Positions 24,220 through 36,706 of a stretch of 64,000 nt of DNA are shown in pieces. Both the position numbers and the translations under genes were made by a program. The stretch spans positions 63,302,001-63,366,000 of the forward strand of contig NC_083282.1 of assembly GCF_963506605.1 (NCBI RefSeq), read 5' to 3'. Numbering within the stretch: the first letter of the stretch is position 1; the number at the start of each line of letters is the position of its first letter. Source of the stretch: Zootoca vivipara (Eukaryota). Below the pieces are notes generated by a model. That model was not told where the DNA came from. It worked only from the letters and a program-made list of their open reading frames with translations, and made no database searches.

Positions 24220-24739
24220 GATGGAACTTCCTGCTAGATGAACTTATGACAAGCCTGGATGTGTGGAGTTATGTTGGCTACCCCCAAATGCCATTTTGAC
24301 GGCTCACCACATGCAGCCACTGTTAACGGTAGGGCTGACCCAAATATGGAGAAGAATTTGGGTGGCTTTTCAGATGTGAAGGGCATAAAAAGAAGCTGCC
24401 TTATGCTGAGGCCGTTGGTCCATCTAGCTCAGCATTGTCTATAGGGAATGACAGTGGATATTGCTGTATTTTTCTAGCCCTTCCTAGGGATGATGTGGGT
24501 GCTCTAACACTGAACCATGGAGGGTAGCTATATAGGGCATCTGCATTGCTCATCCATTTTGCCACGATAGCCCCATGTAGCATTATTCTTAGGGTGGTTC
24601 TGGGAAACAATGGCAGGCCCCTACAGATGGCAGTCTGATGTGCTACTGCCACCATCCATTCTGTAGGTTTCCTTTGATAACTTTCCACCAGCCAGAGCAC
24701 AGAGCTGTAGGCTTTTGTTTCTAGCATCCCCAACTCCTA

Positions 24740-24829
24740 TGATGATGATGATAACAATAATAATTTATTATTTATACCCCGCCCAGCTAGCTGGGTTTCC
24801 CCAGTCACTCTGGGCAACTCCTAACAGAC

Positions 24830-24862
<33 letters not shown>

Positions 24863-25012
24863 GTAAAAGCAATAAAACGTCAGACATAGGAAACTTCCCT
24901 AAACAGGGCTGCCTTCAGATGTCTTCTAAAAGTCAGATAGTTGTTTATTTCCTTGACATTTGATGGGAGGGCATTCCACAGGGTGGGCGCCACTACTAAG
25001 AATGCCCTCTGT
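24740..25012 (-). mobile_element. L2 LINE 3' fragment with internal (TAA)n
   Basis: tttattatttataccccgcccagctagctgggtttccccagtcactctgggc...gggagggcattccacagg; same family as 6031 and 28111. Confidence 0.88.
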
Positions 25013-26453
25013 CTTTGTTAAGCAGCATTATTGGTACCCTGGTAATCAAACATGTCTCGTGCGCTCATATCTCTTCCCTGCTCCTCTTCTATTAGAGCAC
25101 ATCTTGTTTCAGCATGGCATCTTGTGTGTTATGCCAGAGACGTCCAAAAGCCCATTAAGAAATTTCACCACTTGAAATTTCACCACTTGAAAATCCTTTA
25201 ACTCCTATTGAAAGTTCCTTCAGGTGTCCTCCTCCCCCCTAAAGGAGGAGCATCCAAATTAATGTAAAATTTCGCTGTAGGTGAAATTCAGCAGCAAACT
25301 CTGGAGCTATGTGACCCACCTCTTCCTCAATATCATTAACAAGGCCGGCCCCATTGTTAGGCAGAGTGAGGTGGGTGCCTCAAGCAGCTGATTTTGTCTG
25401 TCATGAAAGGCAACAAATTGCTAAACCTTTAACTGTTTTTCTAAAAATTGTACTTTTACTTCTAGGGATTTTCTGCATCAGGTGTCAAAATAATTGGGCC
25501 ACCTTTGATCTTGGGGTGGGTATAGGTGAGAAGCATTTGATACTCCACTTCAGGCCAGAAAACATCTTGGTCTATTCCTGACCTCTAAACTTATTCAATT
25601 CCTTTATCTTTGTTTAAAATTCTTAAGATGTTTTGCTCATCAAGACCTTCAAACTCACCTCAAGTTACTTCCAAGATTGGCTGTGAGCATTTGTGCTGAT
25701 ACGCTCACAGAACATGTGCATGGAAGTTATACAATGTTGCCTGTTTACTGAGCATTCAATCTGATGTGCTTGACATTGCCAACGAGTGATTGCTATCACA
25801 TATTTTCAGGGTAATTTTCCATCGCTTTTCTTATCAGACTTCTTGCGGTTAGAAAAGTGGCAGGATAATAGCACTGGAAAGTGCAGAATAACACCCTCAG
25901 TTTGTGCTTATAAACAGCCTATCTGGAAGTGGCCCCAAATGCCACTTTTGTCAAAATCTGGCAGCCACGCTATGCATGTCACTTGCTTGTGCCACTTTTC
26001 TGTACCTTCTCTCCTGGCAATGCTGTTGCACAATTATTATTGTCCAATTATTTTTGTTCTTGTCCTCAGCAACGGGGTCAATCAGTCTGCAATACCATCA
26101 CCCCCCTCCCTTCCCTGTGTTCAATAAACGATTCTTTTCAGTTGGCTCTGCACACACATACACATAGCATGGTCACATATTCCTGTCAAATATTTTGGGA
26201 ACACCGTTGAATAAACTGCTGAAGGGGTTAATTGTTTTAGGATCCCCATTTCTCTGTCTCAAAGTGCTAAAGTTGAACTTCAAGTTTCTAATCAAAAGTT
26301 GAAACCAGATGGGAGAGAAATGCCAAGATTAATATGAAAAGTATGTTGCAGAAAGATCAAATGAAAGGGGGGAAAATGAAAATGTTTTCAATTGAGCACA
26401 GCATCCTTCTAGCGGGAGATTTATGTAAAACCAAGAGCCAATATGAGCCCCCA

Positions 26454-26458
<5 letters not shown>

Positions 26459-26523
<65 letters not shown>

Positions 26524-26527
26524 TGTG
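26459..26527. repeat. Compound (CT)n(GT)n microsatellite
   Basis: Direct observation. Confidence 0.97.
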
Positions 26528-26685
26528 ACACAGGTGACAATGAATTAAGCTCTGCTGCATGGGACAGCACTATCTCAGTATTAGGGTCGCAATGTTAATC
26601 TTCTCTTTTCTCATCTTAAAGTGAGAGATTAAATTAGGCCAGACATGCAGCAGAAAAGGCAATGTTTGGATGGGAAATCTCCATA

Positions 26686-26887
26686 CAGTGGTACCTCAAA
26701 TTCCGAAGGTTTCTACTTACGAAGTCGGCAAACCCGGAAGTCTTTTTGCCATGCACGTGTTCTGTGCCTGCGCAGAAGCGGCACGCACGGTCTGCGCATG
26801 CACAAAATGGATGCTTCGACATCCGAAGGTTTCGACTTATGAAGAGCGCCGCGGAACGGATCACCTTCGTAAGTTGAGACACCACTG
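26686..26887. mobile_element. Tc1/mariner (pogo-like) MITE
   Basis: TA|cagtggtacctcaa...ttgagacaccactg|TC. Confidence 0.85.
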
Positions 26888-27089
26888 TCTCCTGGTCCTT
26901 GAAGGTCCTTCACGTAAGGAAAACATCACTGTCTTTCTGCCACCAGGCCCAAGTAAGGATGACATTCTGCTGCTCAGCTGACTGTAGTAAGAGAAGGGTA
27001 CTTTAGTGTGTATTTGGTGGATGTTATTGCCTTTGTATCCTCCTAGCCACTGTGCAAAAGGAATCCTGGTTGAGATGGGACTTTGGTCT

Positions 27090-27443
27090 CATACCCTCCA
27101 ACATTATCCGATGAAAATAGGAACGTCCCATTCCATAACAATAATTTTGGTATTTATACCCCATGAATCTTAATGGGTTGCCCCAGCCACTCTGGGCAGC
27201 TTCCAACATATATAAAACATAATAATAGAACATTAAACATAAAAAACCACCCTATACAGGATTTCCTTCAGATGATGGCTCAGGGATTGGATAACTTCAT
27301 ACCCCACCCCCACCCCAACATTTCTACAATAAAAATAGGAACACCCTATGGAGAAGTGGGACATTCTGGGATCAAATCAGAAACTGGGACTGCTTCTCTA
27401 AATCAGGGATGTCCCTGGAAAATAGGGACACTTGGAGAGTCTG
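27090..27443. mobile_element. Composite hAT (Blackjack-like) non-autonomous element carrying an L2 3' fragment
   Basis: Left end cataccctccaacatt...gaaaataggaac at 27090, repeated at about 27298; right end ttggagagtctg; L2 3' UTR-like piece at about 27150-27270. Confidence 0.65.
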
Positions 27444-28110
27444 TGGTCAGAGCCACGTGTTCATGAGTTCTTCGTTTAGGAACTTGAGATTCCCCACATC
27501 CATTTTTTAAAGGTAATTTCTGGATGTCACGAGCATCTGTGCATGTGTGAACTTTGACAAACTCAGCAACAGACTTCTGAAAGGCTCAGAATTCAAATAG
27601 CAAATATGTATGATGAATGCAAATGAGTGCATTTTGGCATCTGGTTGTTGTTGTTTTAAAGAAAAGAGCTACCTGATGGTCATGCATGCGTAAGGTTAAC
27701 AATAGCCAATAGGCTGGTAGGGCAAGGGGTTGGAAAGGGAGGTGACCTATAAGTAAATGGGTCAGGTCCAGGGTAGGGCCCAGCAATGTAGGGCAGAGCC
27801 CACAGAAAATGTTCTAGTCATCTTAAGACGCACATTGACTGCATGTGTTTACAAGCTCCCAGACACTAAGCAATACCATCCAGACATGGTACCAGGCCAA
27901 AAGAATTCTATGCAACCCAGCCTGCAATCGTTCAAAGCAAGGGGTAGGAGTACACGAAGAGCAGATAACTCAAGCGGATTAGTCCAGGCACATTAAATCA
28001 CACCCACAAATCACACACATTTTGCAGCGTTTTACTAAAGACGAAACATTTAGAAGACATTGGCCTGTTCATCATCATTATTTATTATATGTTCACAGAC
28101 CCACCAAAGC

Positions 28111-28149
<39 letters not shown>

Positions 28150-29015
28150 TTATTATTTATACCCCGCCCATCTGGCTGGGCTTCCCCTGCCACTCTGGGC
28201 GGCTTCCAACAAACATTAAAATACATCAAATATCACAGATTAAAAACTTCCCTTAACAGGGCTGCCTTTAGGTATTTTCTAAATGTCAGGGACCCAGGTG
28301 GCGCTGTGGTTAAACCACTGAGCCTAGGGCTTGCCGATCAGAAGGTCGGCGGTTCGAATCCCTGTGACGGGGTGAGCTCCCGTTGCTTGGTCCCAGCTCC
28401 TGCCAACCTAGCAGTTCGAAAGCATGTCAAAATGCAAGTAGATAAATAGGAACCGCTACAGCGGGAAGGTAAACAGCGTTTCTGTGTGCTGCTCTGGTTT
28501 GCCAGAAGCGGCTTTGTCATGCTGGCCACATGACCTGGAAGCTATACGCTGGCTCCCTCGGCCAATAATGCGAGATGAGCGCGCAACCCCAGAGTTGGTC
28601 ACGACTGGACCTAATGGTCAGGGGTCCCTTTACCTTTACCTTTAAATGTCAGGTAGTTGTTTATCTCTCTGACCTCTGATGGGAGGGTGTTCCACAGGGC
28701 GGGTGCCACTACCGAGAAGGCCCTCTGCCTGGTTCCCTGTAGCTTTGCTTCTCAAAGTGAGGGAACCGCCAGAAGGCCCTCGGCGCTGGACCTCACTGTC
28801 CGGGCAGAACAATGGGGGTGTAGACGCTCCTTCAGGTATACTGGACCGAGGCTGTTTAGGGCTTTAAAGGTCAGCACCAACACTTTGAATTGTGCTCGGA
28901 AACATACTGGGAGCCAATGTAGGTCTTTCAAGACGGGTGTTATGTGGTCTCGGTGGCCACTCCCAGTCACCAGTCTACCTGCCACATTCTGGATTAGTTG
29001 TAGTTTCCGGGTCAA
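28111..29015 (-). mobile_element. 5'-truncated L2 LINE interrupted by a Sauria SINE
   Basis: ORF2 C-terminus KLQLIQNVAGRLVTG...HITPVLKDLHWLPV.FRAQFKVLVLTFKALN; 3' UTR; (TTA)n tail at 28111-28149. Confidence 0.95.
28289..28643 (+). mobile_element. Full-length Sauria SINE
   Basis: A-box-like ggtggcgctgtgg, B box ggttcgaatccc, (ACCTTT)n tail; TSD taaatgtcagg at 28280-28290 and 28643-28653. Confidence 0.95.
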
Positions 29016-29018
29016 ATG

Positions 29019-29070
<52 letters not shown>

Positions 29071-29195
29071 CCCACTCATCTGGCTGGGTTTCCCCAGGCA
29101 GCTCCCAACAGAGGACTAAAAACAGAATAAAACTTCAAACATGAAAAACTTCCCTAAACAGGGATGCCTTCTAAAACTCTGATAGTTGTTTATGA
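29019..29195 (-). mobile_element. Second L2 3' end with long (TAA)n tail
   Basis: (taa)n then ataccccactcatctggctgggtttcccc...aaaacttccctaaacaggg. Confidence 0.85.
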
Positions 29196-29329
29196 AGCCG
29201 TTTAGGGCTTTTCATATAATACAAAGGATAAAACATACAAGTTAAAAATACTATATGCTACAAAAGATAACAAAACTTAAAATATAAATTCAAAGAAGAC
29301 GTGGCCTAAAATTTGACTGTGTTTTACAG

Positions 29330-29420
29330 ATGGAGAAAGCTGACACTGAATCCAATCCCAAAGACCATCTGAAGATCACTCAAGAAAGTGAGCCAAACCA
29401 AGCCGCAGGCTACAGGCCAA
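29330..29420 (+). other. Candidate 91-nt exon (gene unknown)
   Basis: Acceptor ttgactgtgttttacAG| and donor |GTAAGT; one open frame MEKADTESNPKDHLKITQESEPNQAAGYRP; no recognised homology. Confidence 0.35.
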
Positions 29421-29847
29421 GTAAGTGAGCATGTGCAAAAATAAATATATGTATATGGGTACAGGAAAACTGGGTAGAGGTCAGGGAACCAGCTTTCATT
29501 TCTCCTGTCTAGCAAGTAGTGTCCCGGACACACCCCTCACCCCAAATCTGTAGAAGTTATTTTGTTCGTTGGTTTGTTGGCAACCATGACAGTCAGCTGG
29601 CTAGATCCATTGGCCAGTAAGAAAGTACTTGTCACATTTCCAAGGAATGCTATGATTGCTTGCTGGAAATGAAATACGACACAGGACTCTGGGTCAGGTT
29701 CATGGTATCATTGAAATGATTTGGCACATCTGCCACTATCCATCAGCAGTCTGGCATATCCGCTATCTTCTGGTATTAATTGCTTCAATTAATAATGATG
29801 GCAATAATGGCTGAACCTTCTGGGTTAATTATATCCCTTCAAGATGA

Positions 29848-30175
29848 GTGGCTCAGCTGACAAATAGCTTGGTGGTAGGGTATCTGCTTTGCCTACAGAA
29901 GGTCCCAAGTTCAGTTGCTGGAGGCTACAGGCAGAGCTGGCAAAGGCTACTCTGGAGAGTCAGTGCAGATAATATTGAGCTAGATCAGGCATCCCCAAAC
30001 TGCGACCCTCCAGATGTTTTGGCCTACAACTCCCATGATTCCTAGCTAACAGGACCAGTGGTCAGGGGTGATGGGAATTGTAGTCCAAAACATCTGGAGG
30101 GCCGAAGTTTGGGGATGCCTGAGCTAGATGGACCAGTGATTTGACTCAGTATAAGACAGATTCCTATGTTCCTAT
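29848..30175 (+). mobile_element. Old tRNA-derived SINE (Squam3-like) hosting a hAT MITE
   Basis: Degenerate tRNA-like head (cagaaggtcccaagttca), body gagctagatggacca...gactcagtataagacag, tail ttcctatgttcctatg. Confidence 0.65.
29986..30121. mobile_element. 136-bp Charlie-type hAT MITE, subfamily A
   Basis: TIRs as at 4008; perfect TSD agctagat. Confidence 0.95.
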
Positions 30176-31386
30176 GACTCTTGGAACTGACTCTTGCACA
30201 CTGGAAATAACACCCCCCCACACACACACATACCTTGTGCTCATAATCTCACTGACACTTGGGACAGAGGCCCTCCTATGTACTGCAAGGTCTGCAGCAT
30301 AAACCAGTCACCCAAACAAAACCAGGATCAAGAGCTAAGCGAAGGAAGATGCCATCAGCAGCCCTTTGTTCCAGCATTTAGACAAAACGTGATTGAAGAA
30401 TGACCCCTTGCGAGCCAACATTACATTTCTGTTTTGTTGAACTACTGTATGTATATGGACGGCAAAACACTGCAGAAACAGGTCCAGTCAGCTGTACCAC
30501 ACGGTGTGCATAGCTCAACATCCATAGAGGGGAGCAGAAAATTCATCAACGGTTAAATATTTTCCTTTCCTAATGATGCATCCTTATTCAGAGCTCTGGA
30601 ATCCTCCTCTTTCCTTCTTTGGGGAATATGCGAGTAGAAAAATGAAGCCATGGAAAAGCCATGGTCTGATTATTTAAGAAAAATAAGTGAAACTTGTAAG
30701 GATGCCAAAGTGAATATTGGCCGTTCTACCACTAAAAATCTTCAGGATTCTATTAATATCTGCTGCTGCTGCTGCACCATGAGGCAAGATTGCAAGCAGA
30801 AGCAGCAGAGCTGGAGCCTCACTGCGAAACCTCAGAGGCCACAAGCAAAGAGGTGTCTCCGGATACAAATGAAGAAGATATGTGGGTAATGAAATTGTCT
30901 CAGGGCTGCCTAGGAGGAGCCAAATGACAAAGCTATGACTAATGAAATAATAATAGTGTGCTCATCTATGGCACCTTTTCCACAAGGTATTTTACCAATG
31001 TTAATTAGTTGTGCCCCACCCTGGATGAATCAGTTATGAATCATCACATCCATGATGAAAATGGTAAGGTGAGCTCTGAGCATTGTGCCAGAGAAGTCAT
31101 ACCTTTGGACAGAACTTGGGCACCTGGACCATTTCAATATGTTACTAACCTTTCTCCCATGTTACTCTATAACTGCACTGGGGAAGAGGGGGAAATTATT
31201 TGGATTGGCACGGCACCGTATGGGTGTTCAGTGCTTGCTTCACATAGATCAGAGATAGCCAATGTAGAGCTCTACCAGTCCCATCAAACACATCCAATGG
31301 TCAGGGATGAAGGGAGCTGTAGTCCAGTAACACCTGTAGAGCACAACATTGAGACAGATTGTCCCAGGAACAGTTCTTACAACAGA

Positions 31387-31517
31387 ACGGTAGCTCAGTG
31401 GTAGAGCATATGCTGAAGATGCAATGTTCAATCCCCACCATCTCCAGGCAAGGCTGAGAAAAACGGGTTGGTGCTTCAACACTGCCTGAAACCCTGGAGA
31501 ACCAGGCAGTGTAGACG
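31387..31517 (+). mobile_element. tRNA-derived SINE 5' part
   Basis: gtagctcagtggtagagca (A box), gttcaatcccc (B box), then SINE body ctgcctgaaaccctggaga...cagtgtagac. Confidence 0.7.
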
Positions 31518-32690
31518 AGGGTGGGAAAGCAATCCTCTGTTTCTCTAGATTCTGCTCAGATGTGTGACGGAAGTCTTTGCAGGAACTTCCAACAACCAGC
31601 AAAGCGACATGTCCACTGCGAACAGTTAGACCACTGGGTCACCTTTGCATTCACCCCCCATTATCATATAGAACACATCCAGTCGATCTTTCTGTCTTTC
31701 ATTCACAAACTTTCCTTCAGGCACAATATTTAGCAACTTCTTCAGGAGACATAAAATAAAAAGATGTTTCCACTTTGGGAATCCAGAGCCAGTGAGGTTT
31801 CCTGCAGCTTTAGCCCCCCCCCCCCCCGGCAGGTTGTTTCGTTGAGTCAGTTACTCACCATGTGTAATGCAGATGATTAATACCTGTTGGTCCAGACACT
31901 TGAGTCATAGCTTACCTTACTGTTCATGTAATAACAGGCTGGTGCTCTTTGACTTGAAGTCAGTGCCAGCAACCTAACTGTTGCTCCAGCCACATAAAGG
32001 GAGACCCGCGCCTTGTAATACACCCCCAGGGCCTTGTGTTTGAGAGGGATGCAGCAGTTAACAGACCTATACTTGGCTTCAGTTTGGGGCTGTCACCAAG
32101 TTCTAACATTTGTGGTCTCCTTCCTCTGCTGTCTCCTGCTCTCGTTTGGTCCCTGAGCTGTTTTTGACACGTTATTTGTAGAACATAAAAGTTAGTGGAA
32201 TGTGGCATATTTAGCTGGGAGCCCCTCGCAGACAATTTTGGCTTCCCCTATGCCTTTGTGCCCAGAGGGATGAGGGCTTCTAAGAAGACTGATCGACAAT
32301 TTACTCACTTTTGTATGACACTTGGGTAATTGTTTAACTGAGAGTGCTTATATTTATCACAGAAAAAGGGCCCTATATTTATGAATCCTCTCCGAATGAT
32401 TGGCATAAATTTGTTCCGTAGCACTTCCTATTTATATAGCATGGAGGCCCTAGTCTGCGCAGCCCGCTGCCCCCCAGCTCATATGGGAGGCTAAAACCTA
32501 AAGCTCTGTCTGGATCAACATTTCTACAGATGGGTGCAATGCAAACACTGGTAAATTTAGATGATGAACATATTTAATTTAAAGCACACATTATTGGGCT
32601 ACAGAGATGTCTGGACTGGAGGGGTGGGGAAGTAGCCTTTGCACTGATGCCCCAGCAGCACCTTTGGGTATAGAGCGATATATAAATTTT

Positions 32691-32726
32691 AATAATGATA
32701 ATAATAATAATAATAATAATAATAAT
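32691..32726. repeat. (AAT)n microsatellite
   Basis: Direct observation. Confidence 0.95.
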
Positions 32727-34326
32727 AGTCAGCTTCAATGCCAAGGAAATGCAAAGCAAGAAGAGAAAGAGCTTGGTGGAGTGATGTGGTCTGCTGAAAC
32801 TGATAGCCCAGCTTTCCTTGGGCAGGTTCCCTGTGTTGTTGGCAGGATCAGATTTGGAATAGTTTAGATGACAGCAGTACACACAATAAGGGGAAGTGGC
32901 TGAGTATGTGACAGAATCCTTTTAGAGGCAGGCTTCAAAAAAGCTTTTTGCCTGTCTTTTTAAAGCAGCTGTCCCCAACCTGGTGCCCTCCAGATGTTGC
33001 TTGAGTCAAGATCCAGTCAGAATGCACAATGGCCAGTAGTGATGGGAATTGCATTATCTGTGACTTGTCCAGTGATCTGTGGCTTGGCTCACTCTCTAGA
33101 GCTGATTGCTGTGTTTGGAGGTTATTTCCCATTCTCTGATTTCTGATTACAAACTACAGTTGTGGCTTGGATTGGATTATGATATGTGGGAGGCTGTGAC
33201 AGCACATGCTATGTGCCCAGATATGACAATGCTAAGGAGCGAAGCAGATATTTTAAAAACTGCACCTAGGGTGTCAAAATGGCATTAGCTGGTCCTATCC
33301 CTGGGTCAACTAGGAAGGATTTGCATACCACTTCCCCCCTTTTTCATGGTTCAGATTCTGAATATTCAATGGCAGCCACTGTATCCTAATCCTTATAGGA
33401 AGAATATTCTCACCTTTACATGGATATTCCTTCAAAGTTCACCTCTGATGAGGTCTAAAACATTGTTTGCAAATGTGCATTAACATAATTCATCACTTTG
33501 AAATACCAGGGCATTTAGATTACTCCAATTCACTGGGAAAATAAATACAAGGAGTTTCAGATTGACCTTTGACTCAGAAATGAAGTGAATTTAAACACTG
33601 GAGAATAAACAATGAGGAGGCCACAGCCATTTAGGCAGCCGTGATCCTCCCTGACACCTCTGTCTATTTATGCATTTTGCTATTGATTGGGCTCTGTAGC
33701 TTATGAGGGGCCCCTTGTTCTTTTCCATAGCAAAGATATGAATAGAAATAATTTTAGTATTAGAGCAATTATACAGGATGGCTCTGCCCAACAGTTTTGA
33801 TCTCCCCGTGGCACCTCTGCAATTTCATTGCACAAAGTCTTTTTTCCTTTTAGCATAGCCCTGATCTGAAATTTGCACAAATATGCATTTGCAAGGGAAG
33901 GGCAGTTTTTAAAAAGGCAATTCTAAAATATTTTCTCTTAAGCTGTGCATCACAAGGTTGAAGACTCTTCCATGTTACAAAATTGTTATATATTAAACCA
34001 TTTTGGTAAACTAACATGAAATTAAAACTCTAACTGAACAAATATGAAATATCAAACAACTTGAAAGACTTCAATGTGGGATTTAGCTTTTAAGAATCAA
34101 ATTCCTTTAAAACACAGGGGTTTTTTTGGGGAGCTACTGGATCTGAAGATTTGATCACTTAAATGAATTTTCAAATTGTAGCATCAGCCCAGCAGAAAAT
34201 CAGAAGAAGTGCTTATAAGAGGAGCAAGGCAGATAAATATTCTAAGTGCTGGCATAGAGGGAGTCACCATGTTCTAAAGGTCTAAGGGACACCACACCAG
34301 TTTTAACTATGCCAATTATAATCGTA

Positions 34327-34837
34327 CTAGTATCTTGAAGCCTGTTAAATTAACGGGTGCTAGAACATGCCATTCCCCCCGCCCATTCCCCCCTCTCTCC
34401 CCCTCCCTTCTTTTCTCCACCCATACGTGCCGGGACTCTCCTGGGCTGCCACCGGCGCTGCTCCTCTGTCGCTGCTCCGCCGCCTCCTCCTCCTCCTCTG
34501 CTGCGGTCCATGCCTAGGCAGGGGAGGGAGGGAGGTAGGGGCGGCCAGGGCCCTCTTTCCTTCCTGCCCTCCCCCTGGGCGCGAGCCTGCTTTTGCGAAG
34601 GGTTAGCGGGGAAGAATGAGCAGCATCCCTCCGCTGCCACCGGCTTCTTGCTGAACGCAGCGGAGGCACGGGGTAGCAGAGGAGATGCTTCACGGAGCAG
34701 GGAAAGAGGGGCGGGCGGCGGGCGGCTGCCACCCGCCCCTCCTTCCCTGCTCCCTGTCAAACATCTCCTCCCCCCCAGGCTGCTCTTCCTCCCCCCCCAT
34801 GCACTGTCCCCGCTTCTGTCTGCCTCTGTCTGTCAGA
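34327..34837 (-). mobile_element. GC-rich non-autonomous Helitron
   Basis: Minus-strand 3' end: hairpin cccgttaa-t-ttaacagg, 10 nt, CTAG|T; possible 5' A|TC at 34838/34837. Confidence 0.75.
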
Positions 34838-35062
34838 TCCGGCCCAATCACCTTCTAAATCCGGCCCATGGACGGTCCGGAAACCAGCATGTTTTTACAT
34901 GAGTAGAATGTGCCCTTTTTAAAAAAATGCATCTCTGGGTTATTTGTGGGGCATAGGAATTCGTTCATTATTTTTTTCCAAAATATAGTCTGGCCCCCCA
35001 CAAGGTCTGAGGGACAAGGGACAGTGGACTGGCCCCCTGCTGAAAAAGTTTGCTGATCCCTG
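34838..35062 (-). mobile_element. Truncated OC1/Charlie-like hAT MITE
   Basis: Reverse complement of 52339 to about 52560; the last approx. 35 bp including the second TIR are missing. Confidence 0.9.
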
Positions 35063-35425
35063 GAATGGACACATGAATGGTTGGCATATTAAGTAGATGA
35101 GAGAAAGGTCAGCAAAAGCCTTCCACAGCTGGTTTCATGCAGGGAGAAAACCATGCTGGTGATGATGATGATGATAAATAAACATTCTTAAAGAAATCTG
35201 CTTTTTTAAAAACCCAGTTGTTTGGTAAATAATATTTTAGGGGCATTCGTGCTTAATGGGTGAGGAGACAGAAATAGGATTTAAATGTGGGTGAAAAAGA
35301 ACAAACCAAAGGGGCTTGTTCCCAACAGGAGAAAAGCAAATGTTCCATGAAAAAGACTCCAGTTTGGAACAAATTGGGAATTACATATTGTTTCTGCCTA
35401 AACAGTTGATGCCAGAGGCTGTGTA

Positions 35426-35660
35426 CAGTGGAACCTTGGTTTACGCCTACCTCTGTTTAGGAATGCCTCCGTTTATGAACACCGCAGACCCGGAAGTGTT
35501 TACATCCGGGTTCCACGGCGTCGGATGCGCAGACACGATCTGTGCAGCTCAGGCGTGCACAGATGTGCTCTATCGGCGCTTTGCGCACGTGCAGAACTGT
35601 GCCTTCTGTGAGCGAATGCCTCCGCGGAACAGATTGCGTTTGCAAACCAAGGTACCACTG
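35426..35660. mobile_element. Tc1/mariner (pogo-like) MITE
   Basis: TA|cagtggaaccttggttt...aaaccaaggtaccactg|TA. Confidence 0.93.
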
Positions 35661-36575
35661 TATACACTAACCCGCTTCTATTTCCCCTTAAATTTAACAA
35701 TTTCTTTGTTTATAAAATTTTCAAATTCTCTTTTTTGGAAATAAAAATTATTTGTGAATGTTTTAGTAATACCTTTTGTGTATGTGTGCTGTGGCTGCTG
35801 TTATGTTCCCTTAAAAACTTTTCTAATAAAGCTTTCTATGTAGAAACATCTGCAAACCCATAAAAGAAAGCATGGAATGTTATAAAAGCTTGTGATGTGG
35901 CCACATAAACAGCAAAGCACATCAGTGAAGAACTATTCAGTGTTGCTGTGCCTTTAAATAACAATTACAAGTACTGGCTTGGAACATACAAACAAAGCGC
36001 AATAAATACATCATGTACAATTACACATATCAATAGAAATGAATAGTCAATCCCTTCCATGTGCGGATTTAAACATTTTGGAGCGCTTCTACATGTTCAC
36101 AACATATGTTCACTCATTCAGTGACTCCGATTTGTTGGTTTAAAAGAAAAACAAAAATAAGTCAGCAGCTCAGAATCCTATTTATTTCATTTCCTTTTGA
36201 TCAGTCTGTGTATGGAAAGCCAATGATGGAAATGGATGGGTGATGTAAGACTTGCAAAAATGCTACAGAGGATCAAGCTGCACTTTTCCTCATTGCCCCC
36301 AGGCCTTTTCCAAATCAGCAAATGCACAGATAGAATGGGGGTCATAATAGCCTGAAAGGGTTTCATGATCAGAAGTCAGCAAGTTATGCCTTGGCAATAT
36401 CACTTCCTGTGTTCATCTGACTATCGTCCCTGCAAAACTGAGAGTTTGACTTGGTTTTGAGGGAAGGGCATAGGATGTAACTGGGCTTGCTATGGATGCC
36501 CAACCCACCATGGGTTGGATTCTTCTCCAACATCTTCATGTATGAGCCATTTGGTAACCTATTTTTTACATGTGT

Positions 36576-36706
36576 NNNNNNNNNNNNNNNNNNNNNNNNN
36601 NNNNNNNNNNNNNNNNNNNNNNNNNNNNNNNNNNNNNNNNNNNNNNNNNNNNNNNNNNNNNNNNNNNNNNNNNNNNNNNNNNNNNNNNNNNNNNNNNNNN
36701 NNNNNN
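36576..36706. other. Assembly gap (131 N)
   Basis: Run of N. Confidence 1.

Noticed and set aside
25160-25192. 15-bp direct duplication (similar short ones near 38020, 45061 and 45380)
   Set aside because: Ordinary slippage or repair duplications with no element between them.
30650-31404. ORFs including a poly-Cys run
   Set aside because: Caused by a short (CTG)n tract; no homology recognised and no consistent exon phase with 29330-29420.
31387-31460. tRNA gene
   Set aside because: A and B boxes are present but there is no cloverleaf, and the sequence continues into a SINE body.
34350-34902. Pro/Gly-rich ORFs suggesting a first exon in a CpG island
   Set aside because: Open in several frames because of GC content; bounded by a Helitron 3' end and a hAT MITE; no good splice donor.
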